Assembly (NCBI RefSeq): GCF_001194135.2
Contig: NC_068989.1
Location: 19,129,644 to 19,193,643, forward strand
DNA from: Octopus bimaculoides
Taxonomy: Eukaryota
Direction of reading: 5' to 3'
DNA length: 64,000 bases
A program made the position numbers and the translations under genes. Each line of letters begins with the position of its first letter. Positions within the stretch are counted from its first letter, which is position 1. The notes below the pieces were generated by a model that ran no database searches, was not told the DNA's origin, and saw only the letters and a program-made list of their open reading frames with translations. Positions 35,733-50,861 of the stretch are shown here, one piece after another.

Positions 35733-38700
35733 TTCCCTTCTTCACTCTATTTTCATTTCTCTTTCTCTAACTATCCCTCCTCTCCCCCTCCACCATTTCC
35801 TTATTGGTGGACAAATCAATAGGGTAGGTAACGAAGGCAAACCTGTGCAGTATATTGGTTCCTGATTTAGCCCCTCTGAAAGAACCTGTCTCATAACCTC
35901 CCAAATTGTATCCGTCATACAACTTCTTCTCTACTGCAGTGTTGTATGTGTGTAACTTAACTCCTCACAGAGGAGTTGAATGTGAACCCATAAGCTGATA
36001 AAACACGAGTCAGTTTTATATTGTTGTCACTGGTTACAGCAATGAATATACTTAGATATTAGTGTGATATATTCTGCATTTGAGAGCTAAATGTCCTTCT
36101 TGACCAAGGAATACGAACCACTGCTGATGATAAGATATAAGTTTCTGATCATCATAGTCTCCTATCCCTTTCACCAACTATATTAACAGTTACACCCTTC
36201 TTCTATTTCTGTTTTGTTCACACATGAAAATACATAGGAATATGGAAAATGTAGAAAAAACAATTCTTTGTTAAGCTTTAATGTAGTCTGTGTGTTTGTG
36301 TATGTGTATTAACAGAAAGTTCCCAGTGAAGGAAAGTGTAAAAGAAGTGAGGAAAGAAAAGAAAAGGCCTATATTTTGACCCTTTTTAGCATCACCCTGC
36401 TATTACTACCACCACCACCACCGCTAAATTTCCTTGTACCTAGAATGACTTCTTTAATAGTTTCTAAGGCTATTTGTTTGTTGTAGGTTTGTTTCCTCCA
36501 CTCCCACTCCTGGGGAGGGAAACCTCATTAAACTGGGTTCATTTGAATGTTTCCACTGACCAGAAATGACTTATTTCATGCTATTTATGTCATTGTTATT
36601 GTTGTTTATTGACATTTTAATCAATTTTTTTCTCCTTTCCCTACTATTTATCCTGTATCTAAGCAAATTATTGGAATGCTGCTGTTGCCTAGAAATCTGA
36701 AAAAACTCCCAATGAGAACTGAGGAATGACACTTGGTTTTGGCTTAAGGCTGTATGGAGGTAGAGGGTATATGTATGAGAGAGAGAGAGAGAGAGTTGAG
36801 TTTTTTTTTATGTGTGTTAAGAGAAGAAACCTCTGACCCTATCCCCACAACGACATTCACTGAAGCCAACACATAGTGTTTCCTATTGCTGGGTTTCTGC
36901 TGGACCTGTCTGAACTGGCTGTTTTAACTGTCACCAAGGTGCATCCCCCCCCCCCCGCTGCTGGTAGAAGGCAGAGTAGATAAGGGTACCTACACATGAG
37001 ATAGCAAGAGGTTGATGATGGAGATGATGGTAGTGTTTAGTGGGGTAAGACTGGTACTTGCTAATCTGGGAGATTGGTGTTAAGATGGGAAGAAAGATCA
37101 GGGGAAAAGGAAGACATTTTTCCCCACTCGCCCCTTTCTTTTTGTCTATTGTACTGTCATCTCTCCTTCTCCACCATCCTGCTTGGCTAGCAACAGCTGT
37201 TTCAGGTGGAGTGGGCAGGTTGAAAGAGAAAAAGGATGTTGTTATTTGACAGTCTTCATGTGATGGGATGGCATTTTTGTTTTTTCCAGAGTTAGAAAAG
37301 AAAACAGATTCTGTATAAGGACTTTTGTGGTCCTTATTGACTCCCTACTCAGTGTAGCACTTATTCTCTCCATTTGAATCTTTCACACACACACACACAC
37401 ACATGTCTTGTCTGTGTGTGACTTATATTTTCTGAATGTATGTAATTTATCAAATCTTTGTTATAGTTTTTTTGAGTGTGGCAAAAAAAAAAAAAAAAAA
37501 AAAAAGTCAGTTGGGAAATTTTTATTTTGTTAAGAATTTTCTTTTGTTCTTTCCTTTTTTTTCTTATTCTTTTTGTTGATCCTTCCACATATTTAAAACA
37601 AGAAACACCACCAAAAATATCAGCCAAACAAAAATTTCTAAAATCTGCTATCAGTTTTCTCTTGCCTAATTTTGGTAAAGCCATTCAACATTCTCATTTT
37701 CCTTGCTAGAGGGTGGGTGTGCCTTAGAGCATGTATGTGTGTGTGATAGACTCAAAGTGTGCTTTCCCACTCACAGTTACACTCCTTGTTCCCTCCACCA
37801 CCACCTTCACCTCTTCTGACTTCCAAAAAAACCTCATAATTCAACTGTATTTTCAGGGGTGGGGGTGGGGAATGAAAGAAACCATGCATTTTCTTCCCAC
37901 CCTTCCTCTTCCTCCTCCTCCTCAGTTACTCCCACTCCCTTTAACTCTATTTTCACTTTCTGCTATTAAGGAAGATTACCTGAAGAAAGACAGAGAGAGA
38001 AAGAGACAGACAGAGAAAGAAAGAAAGGGATAGAGAAGAAAGCATTTTTTAATGCTGCAGGGAGGGGATAGTAATATATATTTTTGTCACATTTTCTCAT
38101 TTGACTCCCTCTCTCTCTACAACCTCTACACCCATCCACAATCACACATATATATATATAAAGTACACACACATTTCATAGTTTAGTTTGGTACTTAAGT
38201 ATTTTGATATCTCATTAAAGTGCTGCTGATCTATCTTATGAATGCATAGAGGAGAAGGGGTGACATTATTAACCCCTAGGGAGGTCATTTGTTTACTTGC
38301 ACCCTCAGCTCCCCCACCATTGCTGGTATTCCCTCACACCATTACCCACTGCTAATACTACTCTAGTCCTCTGTCAAATTGTCATTAAGTCTGATATTCA
38401 TGCTGTTTTCTGCCAGCATCTTAGGTCTTTGTTTCTCTTTACAAGAACTTGTTAACATTGCAGCTTATGGTGTCTATTTACCAAATAGATGGAATAGTTT
38501 TCTCACATGCATGCTAAAGAATGCATGTAAACTGTGTGCATCTTCATCTGCATGTGTATGTGTGCAACATGCAAGTGTGTGTGTCGATGATGTGGTTGTG
38601 TAAACATATGTAGATATAACATTTCTGGGCTTAGGTTTGTTGTGTGTGTGTGTGTCTGTGTGTGTTTGTGCCCTAAATATGTAAACATATATGGTGAATT

Positions 38701-40846
38701 TAAAAGATGCCTACTGGTATACATTATCACGCACACATATACATACAAGACTCACACTGTACATTAACAATTTAAGACAAAGAAAAATAGGAAGAGTATC
38801 CACACCCTTCCTACATGACTACCCAAAATATAGTATGGGTGAGGGTGTTTTGTTACCAGACATTTACTAAATCTCTAATGATCTTTCTATATAAGCTAGG
38901 TGTGTAGTCTAGATATTGTGACGTCAGTAATATTCTAATTATCCTACCACAATTTCAAACTGTGTTAACTTCAAACAGGATTATTACAGTAGCAGACCTG
39001 GATGTATCATAAAAAAATAGTTCTTTTCACAACCATGGGGTTCCGGATTTGATCCCAGTGTATGGCACCTTGAGCAAATGACTTCTACTAAAACCCTTGA
39101 CTAACTATTACACATTACTCTTTCTGGCCTCATTACTCCTATCACTGTTCCTACCTCACTTCATCCATTTGTTCTGGTTCTTCTACCATCACTCTCACTA
39201 TTACTCACCTCTTCAGTCACATACATGTCTTAAATGAGTTACTCTGCATTCTTATGGTATATAGTGCAACCAACTCCTCATACCTACTGTACAGTGGTTA
39301 GTGAATGAGTGAAACAGAAGCATAGTTTTGAGAGAACCCTTCTGTTTTACCTTGCCCAGGACATAACCTCTTTAATGTTGTTGCCACAATAAAATGCACC
39401 TTGTACATTCTGTAAAGTTATTAGTGTTAAGAGGGGCTCCGGCTGTAAATACCAAGCTAAAAGTGAAACTTAGAGGCAAGACATGGTCCTCATAATAAGA
39501 ACTGACTTGGACCTATCCAACCCATGTTAGCATGAAAAACAGGCATAAAATTCTGATGGTATCTCTACTGAAGTAAAAATAGATCCATATAGGATTTGAA
39601 TTCATAACAGTATTGGAATTAGAGTTTAACTCTCTCTACCATTTCTATCAATTTCCCACCTTGCAATTCAAAGAACACTTTCACTATTAGCCCTAACTTC
39701 AGAGATGATAGTCAAATCAGATCACACCGCACCATTTTAAAACTGAAGGAAGGGTATATTAAGTTAACTCATCTGCATTGAGATAGGAACAATGAGTATG
39801 TTGTATTCTTTGTTAAGAAAATGGATACCTTGCATTGTTTCTTGAATGAGTTTTGTGATTATTATAATGTTGGGTTGCTAGCCCAACACCTAACCATTGG
39901 GAATTAACATTATAATCCATGAATGGGATTGACTTGGTGGTTGGTATCACAGAGCCTGATGGTGAGTCATGCATGCCACAGTTAACTGGGCCATACCTTC
40001 TCCAAGGTTTCTTTCTTTCAGTGTTATTTCGTCTTTTGTCTTTAAGAAGCCTTTCCTGTACCCTAAAACTGAATGTTGAACACCTGCCCTTCTTCAGATC
40101 CTTGCCATCCTGATAGCTCACACTGCTTGTTTTAGAGCAGAACATAAGGTGGAATTGATTTGTCTGTGGAGAAGCTATATAATATACCATGGCTTTATGT
40201 CACAACAGATTTTACTAGGCATTTTAGACAGACTGTCAGAAAAAGAATAAATAAAGATCAGATTATAAATCTGAGGCTCTCTTGGTTTAAGAGCTGCTCA
40301 ATCAGTGGCTTCCTGATAATTTCTTGCTAGAATTATCAGTATTTCTTCTAAAATCACATTTCACTATCTTATAAAAGAAAAGCTACACTGGATAATGCAA
40401 AAAGACATTAGCTGGAACATCTTTGCTCATATGCTTTGTCCTGTTGGCCTGTTCTGGAGTTAAACAATATTTTGTCACATGGTATGTGTGTATGTAAAGA
40501 GTGTAATTAAGACTATACAGAACACAGACGATACCTTTATAATAGAATCAATCTTCTATGAAGATTGAAACTGAAAACTTTATTTTTCCTCTTTGTAAAG
40601 TTTGTGTGTCAATTCTACAGTTAGGAACATTGTTTCCCAAACAACTCACACTCATTCTTGAAGGGGAAGAAGAAGAGAGTGAGAGGAGTAAGCATTACTC
40701 TCCTTGTTCATAACTGTAGCACTACATTTGAGTCATAAATATATACATTTATATATATATATCATATATCATATATGTTTTCGACAGCTCTCATCAGTTT
40801 TTCATCATCTTCTTGTATCTAAATGGATTCTGTGTTTCTTTTCTAT

Positions 40847-40928
40847 NNNNNNNNNNNNNNNNNNNNNNNNNNNNNNNNNNNNNNNNNNNNNNNNNNNNNN
40901 NNNNNNNNNNNNNNNNNNNNNNNNNNNN
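40847..40928. other. Assembly gap with the same ~53-bp sequence on both sides
   Basis: TCAGTTTTTCATCATCTTCTTGTATCTAAATGGATTCTGTGTTTCTTTTCTAT occurs immediately before and after the Ns. Confidence 0.95.
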
Positions 40929-42113
40929 TCAGTTTTTCATCATCTTCTTGTATCTAAATGGATTCTGTGTTTCTTTTCTATAAGTGCTGCTTTATATATG
41001 CTCTGAATGTTTATTTCGAACAACCAACTTCTGACAACGCATAGTTCACATTTTCTCATTCATCATCTTACACTGCATTTTCATCTGAAAGCAGGAATAA
41101 ATTTCCCTAAATTTATCAGCTACTCTATGACCTCAGCAATGCAGATTTTAAAATTTCCAGATACCAGTTATTTTAAGCATTAATTATGAGATTTTTAAAA
41201 ATATTCTGGTTAGAACAAGCTGATTTCCTAGAAACAGTTGACTACTGTGTTTTATTCATTAGAAGCAGAAAAGGATGAGAAAAGTGTTTTTCTTATTTTC
41301 TGAGAGTTTTTCTTCATTGTAGGAAAACGAATCCATATTTTGGAGTGTAAGGCATACAAATTTAGCCTCACAGTGAGAAATAATCACAGGTTTATTTCAT
41401 TGTGGGCAGAATAAATGGCATTGCTGTGACTAGTTTCTGGAGTTATTAGGCCTTCATCAGGAGAAGAGACTGACCATTTTAACAGTTCTAGCTTGTACAG
41501 ACTGTACATAACTGCAAGCTACTAATTTTTCTGTGGACTGAAGATAAGTATTCTTTCACCGGTGAAATCTATGGTGTAACGATTTTGTTTCACTTTCAGT
41601 GAGGCTACAAAAATAGGCATACCTCTGCATTCCAAGTTTACCAAAAAGGCTGTGTATTGTACTACAAATTAATTACAGCTAATTAATTTGTAAATTTTTG
41701 TTTGAACTGGAATTGTGTCTTTGTGTAGGCTTATATTTCAGTTTGTATATCTGTTTATGTTGTCTGGTAGGTTTAATCAGCTGTAACATAGGTAATTCTA
41801 AATAGCTAATCAAACATTTTAGTGCAGGTCCCATGATTCCTTTTCTTTGTTTTCAAAGCCACATGTGGTTTGTATAGCCAGGAAGTTTGTATTGGCCAGA
41901 TGAGAATGTTGGGGCAGAGTCTTCTACATCCAGCTGCCTTCCTGATGTTGGTTATGCAGAACTTTTTTTTTTTTGCAAGATCATGCAACATGTCAGGGTA
42001 TGTAATAAACCTTGGATGTACCTTCATGATGAACTTCATTGCAAATGGCACTTTATGAACAATGAGGTTTCTGTTCAAGCTCAGTGAAGACATATGAAGA
42101 CAGGCAACATGTG

Positions 42114-42150
<37 letters not shown>

Positions 42151-43486
42151 ATTCATGATGGACTTCTGTTTCCATCTGTCATTTTTACTCGCAAGGTATT
42201 GGTTCATGGCTATAGTCACTGGCCAACAGCATTCACACAATGGGACTGAACCTTTATCCTCATAGTTCCAAAGTGTGGTCTCCAGTTATTATCTGGTACC
42301 TACTCATAATTTCTGTTCGCACAGAATTAAATGTTCTGCTTAAATAGGCAACAAAAAGTAACTGAATTAGATTTGAACTCGAGATCAATGTTAAGCTGGT
42401 AAAAAGCTTAACAAGAGTCCAAAATCTGAGTCTTTTTATACATTAGAGCAATAGAATTTGACTTCCTGTGATATTAGAACAAAAGCCACACAGCTGTGTC
42501 CCATACAACTCTCTCTTGTTGTTTGTCACTGACCAAATCAAACCATTTTGAGACAAGTTTGCAGTTAGTCTGCATTTCAGGAATAAATGACTTGATACAT
42601 GGACTAATGGCCAATATAAAGTCTGTCCTGTTGACATGCAGCTATGACTTCAGTTTTCTACCATGGTGAAACTGTTAACCCAAGTGTGTGCTTGTATTAA
42701 TGGCTGGTCTGAAGAAATTTTACTGGAGCATATCAACACATATGGCCAAACCAGTGAAGGACAGTGGGTCTTAAGTACAAACAAGACTGTTTTCACACCA
42801 CAATCTGCTTGTTTGGAGGTCACATACACCTGCACTGGGTCAATGACACACAGCCATCTTCTTAGACACCAGTTGTCAAATATTTCCAAACGACAGAAAA
42901 AAATATCATCAACAATTTTGATATATATCTATGTATTGGAGCAAATTGTCAAAAGTCAGATGATTGGTTGACATTTTGAAATGAAACATTTAAATGGTTT
43001 ATTTTTTTCCAATGCCACAACTTTACTTCAACTAGTTCAGAGCTGACCAAAGTTTAACTATCAACACAAACATCCTAGAAATTTATCCATCCAGTTGATC
43101 TTCTATATCACCCTGTCCCTCATCCCAACCTCTAAGTTAATTCTTTCCCAGCTCTTTCCCTCCTCCTCTCAAACTTGTTGACAAGTTACAGGTGTTGATC
43201 ATATTATTATTATTACTATTATTATTATTATTATTATTATTATTTGTGAAATAACTTCACTTGGAGAAGCTATTTCACAAATATGACAAGAAGCCATCAA
43301 ACAATATCAGATGTTCCAGTTGAAAATCTGGCCTTTAGGGTGTGTGGGAATATTGTTTAACCTATTCATTGTTGTCCTTCAAGCACCTCTCCCACCTTCT
43401 CATCTCCCCTTATACATACCTATTCATATAAGCACTTGCATTCTCACTATAACTTTCACATTACCGCCCGCTTCATCCACCTTTGG

Positions 43487-43531
<45 letters not shown>

Positions 43532-44014
43532 TGTCTTTCACTTACATTTACATTTGAAGATTCTTATACATATACATGTGCACTGGTACATATACACATT
43601 TCCGGAAAGGAGTGCAAAGGCCCACCAGATAAATAAACCTTTTTAGGATAGAATCCACTACAACAAATAGGATGGAAATATGCACTTATTCACCCTCTAT
43701 GGAGCTTTGTTGTGGATCCGATCTCTGATGTGTGATTGTACTTAGTGTAGGTCAAAGATCAAACATTTGACTAACCAGACCTTAAATATGGAAATGAGGC
43801 ACTATTTTGCATCTTCAGTCATGAACAGTTGCTATTATGTCATGGTGCTTGACTATTATATAGTCATGAGTTAAAATCTTACTATTGTATTTTCTGGCTT
43901 ACGAGTTGATAGAGTGTATAGTGTAAACATTCAAACATCAATACATTTGGGGGTGAGGTGGTTGCTCTTTCTAGCAGGTCAGCCACATAGATGCTTCCTT
44001 TTTGGCATGTACAA

Positions 44015-44056
<42 letters not shown>

Positions 44057-45391
44057 GCCTGAATCCAAAGAAAGTGGTGATGCTCTCTGTTGGCAGGTAT
44101 TAGTCCATAAGAGATACCAATAAGTTTGTTGATAGGCACAGAGATAGTGAAGAATCTGAACCATCACCTGAGATCAAGGAAGGAGAAAAAGTAGAAAATG
44201 ATTTTGTTACAATCAAAATGTTTCTGTTGATTTTTGCCTATAAGCCACATTACTGTTTTGCAGATCAGTAATTGTTGATTATTCACAGAAACAACAACAG
44301 CAGTAGTAGTGGTGGTGGTGGTGGTGGTGGTGATGGCAGGTGGCAGCACTGCTGCAAACTTTGTTGAGTTCCTTAATGTAAATCATTATTAAACACATGG
44401 TAATATGCTGACATCTTCTTGGATAAAGTAGTGACTACAGCAGTTTCTTAACCCACCCCCTTTCTGTTGGAACCCCCCAAACTATAAATTAAATATTTTT
44501 CTATGAATGAATTCTTTCTCTTCTCCTCATTTCTCCCTCTCTATTTTAAATTATTTACAATTTTGCATATATATGCAAGAAAATGTTAATGTTTATGGTT
44601 CTGTATATATCTTTGTAAGAATGTGTAATTTTTTACAGCTGTCTGTGTGTTTATGTATAAGAGAGTACTAATTATCTAATTTGTCCATCTACTTGGATAG
44701 AACCTGTTTGTCCAGTCTGTGAAATACTGCTGTAGGGGAAGTAAGGGTGGTGGTGGCTAGAAGCATAAAATAAATGTTGTAATCCTCTTCTTCATACACT
44801 ACCTATCAAGCTTTAAGAGAATAACTATGTGTTCCTTCAAATCAAAATACATTGAACACTTGGCTTGGTATTGCCCTTTCTCCAATCCCTGTCCACTAGA
44901 CTAGGTTACTCTTAGTCCTTCCTAGGTAATAAAGTCCATCAGATATGTAGGAATGCATCAGTTGGTTCTATGAAAAGGGATGCTAAAAATGTCAATATAT
45001 ATACAAAGAGCTACTTAGCATAGATTGAGCAGACCTATGTCTGCAAATCTTTCAGTTATGACCACTTTGTTTTTATTCAAATACAATATATGTAGGACTA
45101 TGTTATCTAGTGTATTTCTTCTTTCGGTGAGACTGTAGGGTGTGATTCAAGGAGATTTTGTTACTATATCTAGCAACCTGAGTATTCACATAATCATTCA
45201 AGGCCCATGCTGTAAATAGTGGAGAGAGATCTCTGCTACCAGCAGTGTTAATAGCTTCCTGAATCGTTCCCAACTATTCTTACTTTGGCTCCACCTCCAC
45301 TACTTGATTAAACTACCTCAGTAACAGTAGCTGTTAAGTACTTGTTAGAAGTCTTCTGGGTATATGAAGCAATATATTTTATATGTACTCT

Positions 45392-45815
45392 TCATCATCA
45401 TCATCATCATCGTTTAACGTCCGCTTTCCATGCTAGCATGGGTTGGACGACCCGACTGAGGACTGGTGAAACCGGATGGCAACACCAGGCTCCAGTCTAA
45501 TTTGGCAGAGTTTCTACAGCTGGATGCCCTTCCTAACGCCAACCACTCAGAGAGTGTAGTGGGTGCTTTTACGTGTCACCCGCACGAAAACGGCCACGCT
45601 CGAAATGGTGTCTTTTATGTGCCACCCGCACAAGCCAGTCCAGGGGCACTGGCAACGATCTCGCTCAAAAATCCTATGGGAGCCAGTCAGGCGGTACTGG
45701 CAACGGCCACGCTCAAAATGGTGCATCTCATGTGCCACCCGCACAAGAACCAGTCCAGGGGCACTGGCAACGATCTTACTTGGCTTGCCGGGTCTTCTCA
45801 CGCACAGCACTTTCC
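45392..45815 (-). mobile_element. Young RTE 3' end with three stem-loop modules, reaching the ORF stop region
   Basis: (CAT)n tail and UTR modules, then CTTGCCGGGTCTTCTC, which matches the ..EKTRQ ORF end seen at about 1760-1780. Confidence 0.9.
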
Positions 45816-45829
45816 TGCTAACTATTTCA

Positions 45830-46900
45830 GTACATGTGCCACATACAAAGTCTACTTGCTGTTTTCTTGTGATCTTAGTTAGTGCTTCTCTTGTGCACTC
45901 ATAGTTTACACTGAATACACAGTATATAATTTGTATCTATACATTGCCTGCTCATTGAGCATATCCACTTTCCAGATATCCAGTTGGGTTCTAATCTTTT
46001 AACTAAGTCTTTTGTATTAGATTTACTTATTAATTAAGCTATGAAAACTTCAGTTGTTGGTATACAGTCCTCATGGACAGCCAGTGTTGAATGCTTCCAT
46101 TATGGTGTGGAACTGAGCTCCTGATGAACACCTACCTGCATACTAATTTTCTTACAAAACTAATTTCTGACTCTGTCTTTCCTCGCAGCACCTCTGTACA
46201 TAAGCTTGCATTGTTCTTACAAGTCAACTCTGCTCTGTTTTCTTAGTGGCCACCAAACTGCTGAGTGTGTAAACCCTCAATCAAAGAACTCCTGCAACTG
46301 TTCCAATCAGAAGAGATCCTTAGTTTTATCTTATTCTGATGCAAACTTGATGTGAATTTTATCTAAGCTAATTCTGTTTTTAATTAGCTGTACTTAATTA
46401 GAAACAAAATTTCTGCTACTTTCATAACTTGGTCTGTCAATTTTATGTTTCTCTAGTTGTCTCTCTCTAGAGCATCTTTTTTATTTTTTTTGCCTTTGAA
46501 GCAATTACTGTGCTAGTCGCTAGGGATAACATCTTCCTGTTACAACCTGATTGATTTTGATATGTCCTGTTTCATCAGATATCTTCAACATGTCAACACC
46601 TTTTCACAATGGCCCTTTCAACCAGTAAGCTATCTGGTTCAACCAGGAATGGTCTCTCTCTGTTATGCATTATCTTCATTTTACAGCCATCTGTAATATT
46701 TCCTAGCCTCTTTCTATATTGTTCATTAGTGACAGAAAGTGTGCCTTTTATTCTGAGGAGACTTTTGCCAATGATGTCCTGGTTCAGATTGATTATTTGT
46801 GACCCTGAATGTTTCATGCCTCTGAGTCTGTCTTGCTATGTTTATATCTGATGTCTAGCTTCTCTTCTAACTACTAGGTATCATTCCTTGTTCCTCCCCT
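45830..46900 (-). pseudogene. Highly degraded RTE reverse transcriptase region including a Cys/His insert
   Basis: Minus-strand fragments WWPLRK, LVRTMQA/MYRGAARK, ISMQVGVHQ, FNTGCP*GLY (cf. RTE FSVQVGVHQGS..TGCPWELLYADD), then CIQCKL*VHKRS and VDFVCGTCT. Many stops and frameshifts. Confidence 0.7.
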
Positions 46901-46968
46901 TTTATCCATTCTTTCCAGTCCTAGAATAATAGAGATGACATGTTTGTTATAGTGCAACATCATTTTAA

Positions 46969-47030
46969 CCCTTTAGTGTTCAGATTAATCTTCCAAATGT
47001 AATGCTTATTTGTTCACGTTATTTGGAATT
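46969..47030. mobile_element. Terminal fragment of family E MITE
   Basis: TTAA-CCCTTTAGTGTTCAGATT..CAAATGTAATGCTTATTT. Confidence 0.6.
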
Positions 47031-50000
47031 TTCAGGTTCAAGAGGGATGTCCACAATATTTACTTGTAACTTTAATTTTTTACATACAGGTTTGAAATTT
47101 TGTCAGTGGGTGCTTATATACTAGTGGTTTATAGTTATGTAATTTTAGCTGATCTTTCTCATTAAATTTGACTTTTATGGGCAAGTAACTTTAATTAACA
47201 GGTGTAAAAGCAATAACATTATGGATAAACACTAAAATTTAAATTCATAATGCATCTTACCAGTCTGATTTGTTACTAAGTAATAAATGAACTGTATTGC
47301 AGAGTGGCTAGCATAGATCTGGCAAATTTTAACTGCATAAAATTATTTGGAACATTGTATATCACAATGACAAATCAGTTCAGTGCATGAAAATGTATTT
47401 AATCTTGTCTGGTGATATTGTAGTGTAAAAAATATATGCCACTGTAGTGTTTGAGTATGAGTTCCCCAGCATTTTCTATGTCATTTAATGGTTTGTCTCC
47501 AAAATCTTGGGCTGCAAGACTCTTTAATCTTCCTAGCTTGTGATTATATCAATTTGCATTCAATCATAAGAGTACTTCATCGGAATTAGATGAACTTCCA
47601 GATCTATCTTAGCTCCAAACCATGTAAATTGATAAAAGCAATATTTTTTACTACCACTGCATTACCACTATCTTCTTCTTCATCATCATCATCTTCATTA
47701 CAACCACAGAATCTACTACTGTCACTACTGCCACCACCTTCTCCATCTTCTCCATTTCAAATACTACTTACTCTTAAATTATAGATATGCCACCATCACC
47801 AACATCTCCCTATTTATTTCCTTTCTATTATTTTTTCTACCTCCCATCTATGTAAATTGATAACACCAGTATTTGGGATAGCACTGTATTCTAATTAAAA
47901 AAGCTTAATAACAAAATTATTAATGAAAAGTCTGGTTCTGTAGTTGAAATCCGTCTACTTTCATGGAATTAGTAGAGACTTTTCACTAAAATTCCTTTGT
48001 TTTTACATATCTAGTCACATTAAGTTGGCTAGCTAACACATTTTTGTTAGAGATATATTCTTACACTGTTCAGAGGTTAATCAGAATAAGATTATTGAGA
48101 TGTATGTGTTGTATAGTAAGATCTAATGTGATATTTTGTATAGTATGTGATGTAGTGTAATATGTTGTTTAATAGGATGTTGTGACATATATATTATAAT
48201 GCACTGTATAATATAGTATAAGTTTTGTATATAATTGTGTGTTTTTTCATAATGATGTAGGTGTATTTTTGTTATAGTGTGACACTTATGTTCTACCATA
48301 AACTATATCATAAGCAATGGTGATTTTTCCTCTTTGTAAAGTTAAGATCTTTTCTGAAACCTCTAGGATAAAACAAAGATGGTTGTGGTAGTGGCAATGG
48401 TAATTGTGGTGGGCTGTGGTGATGATAGTACAAATTATGGTGTGGTCAGTAATTAATGGAAGCTATTAAGAAACAAATAAATGAAAACTAAAGAAGATGA
48501 ATCCTCTCTTCTCATTTTACTCTTGATGTTGTCTTCTTTGTTCTTCAGTTGTTGTTTTTTATTTTGTTTTGTTGTTTTTTTTTTTTTGTTTCAAAGAGTA
48601 AATGAAATTGTGCCAAGTAAAATGGCAGATTAATTTCTCAAAGTAAATCTCAAGACAAGCAGACACATTAAGCTGACAAAGGAATACATTATCTAATTAG
48701 TCTCATTAATCAACATCTGTATTACTCGTTTATTTATTTATTTGAGATGAGCAGCAATTTGTTCTGCTGCAGACCAATCCAAATCATGTTAGCTAGCATG
48801 GAAAAACAAATGGCTTACCAATGATGGTGACCATTGTTATATAACATTTGTAAAGAGAGTGAGCAAATATGGTGAAGAGGATGTGAGAGAGAGAGAAAAG
48901 GAGAGAGTAAAATTCTTTTTTGATGTCAAAGTATGTGTCTGCGTGTGGTGTGGGAAAGATATGTGAAATGAAAAGAAGAGATGAAGGTAGATTTTGATTG
49001 GAGCAGGAAAACTGTTGAGAGGAGAAGTAATAATATATTAGCGAGTGTGTGAAACCTTAAGAAGAGCGAAGCAAATGTAAGAATAAAGAAAGGAATAAAA
49101 GTAACAGCAGTGACATTTACAGTAACAAAAAAAGTGGTGGTGGTGGGTTTTTTTGTTGTTGTGCATATTAGTAATGATTATTGATTAGTTGTAAAAATGA
49201 AGATGTTTTTCTAGAAGAACTGTTTATAGTTTTATAATTTGATTCCATTCTTAACATGACAGTATCTGTGATGTCCAACTGACAGCTGTTTAGCCAACTC
49301 GATTGATTCAAACTATTGTTCTTTTGAGTAAACAGTGCCAGTACAATGTTTACTGTGGAAGGGTTTCTAAGTCATTGACCTGTTGTTCAGTATTTCAGTC
49401 CTACACAATAAATGTTGTCTTTCTTAAACTTACATTTTGAGTTCAAATCCTGCCAAGGTTGACTTTGTTTTTCCTATCTCTGAGAGTCAAATAAAAAGTA
49501 CCACACAGGTGTGGCTGAGTGGTACAAACCTTGCTTCCCAACCACATGGTTCTTTTGAAGAATGGCATCACAATTAATATTTTGGGAATATACCCATGTT
49601 TAATCAGTACTATGAAAAGCCCAATTATATGCACCGGTCCCTCCCCCCGCCTTTTTTTTTTTTTTTTTTTTTTTTGTTAGCTGGTTTCTCTATTTTTTGT
49701 TACATTGTATGAATGTGGAAGTGGAAATAAATGGCTATGCTGAAACAAGCAGAAGAAAGAATAACAGTGTTACAAGAGGAAGTGGATCAGGTAGAGAAAT
49801 AGATAAGTTGGAACATTGATTATCCAACAGTCAACCAGCAAGCAAAACAGGCAGTCATGTGAATGGACAGTGAAATACAAGGAAAGTTAGAAGAAATAGC
49901 CTGAGTAAGAGAGAGGTGAGAAGAAGAATGATAAAGTTTCACAATTGAGAATAAAAATTAGAGTGTAACGTGATAAAATATTAGAAGTATTGAGAGAATG

Positions 50001-50829
50001 AAAGCTGCAGAGAGACCAAATTTGTATGATATCTGTGTGAGTGTCTGTGTTGTTGCTGATGGTGGTGGTGGTGTGAGTGATGAGATGATGTGAAAGCAGT
50101 TTTGATTGAAGTTTGGAGAGGGGCAACTGTATAGCTAGAAAAAAGAAATTATGAAGTGCATGAGAGCAAATGAATGAATGAATTAATTAATGCAAGAAAT
50201 GAAAAGATGAGTTTCCAACTATTTAACAAGTAAAACTGATTTTTAAAAAGGGGGTGGGGGGGAAAGATTTCTTCTTATCAAGATGACATTTCTCAAGAGG
50301 TCAGCGTTTGATGTGAATTGGAGAGAGGGCACACTGTAATACAAGTACAACTTAAGGTGAAAATAACTGAAAGAGGATAAAATGAAATGCAAGAAAATGG
50401 AGTAAGAAATGAATCAGAAAGATAAAAAAATTACTGAGAGTTCATATCATAGATCAAATTGGTGATTTACCCTAAAACCCTGTTGCTTTAGTGCCAGATT
50501 ACCAAGGGGTTATGACAGGTAGCAAGGCATTGAGAGACCTGTCTAAACCAAACCAGCATGGAAAAAATTGGACATTAAATGGTAATGATAATTGTGTGTG
50601 TGTGCGTGCATGCACATGTGTGCGTGCATATATGAAGTGGTGTAATGCTATTCTCCTACATACAGGACTGCAACTCTACTGATGCCTAAGAAAGCACTTG
50701 ATCTTTTACAGGAATATTTATTGGTAAAAGATGTAAACATTGGCAAGGAAATAGAAAAAAAAAAAAAAAGTACCTTTGTGTGATGTTTGTTCTGTCCTAG
50801 TTGTCCTGGTGATTCCTTGTTATACTTAC

Positions 50830-50861
50830 CATGATATACATAGTGAACCAGTAATGTAATT
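50830..50861 (-). CDS. Candidate 32-nt exon, unknown product
   Basis: Minus strand: long poly(T)-AAG acceptor and ATG|GTAAGT donor. Phase-0 reading NYITGSLCIS. Confidence 0.25.

Noticed and set aside
39209-39286. Minus-strand segment with a CACTAAC branch motif and a GAG|GTGAGT donor
   Set aside because: All three frames contain stops across the segment, so it is at most a non-coding exon, with no other support.
40794-40981. Apparent 53-bp tandem duplication
   Set aside because: The two copies sit either side of an N gap; most likely an unmerged contig overlap.
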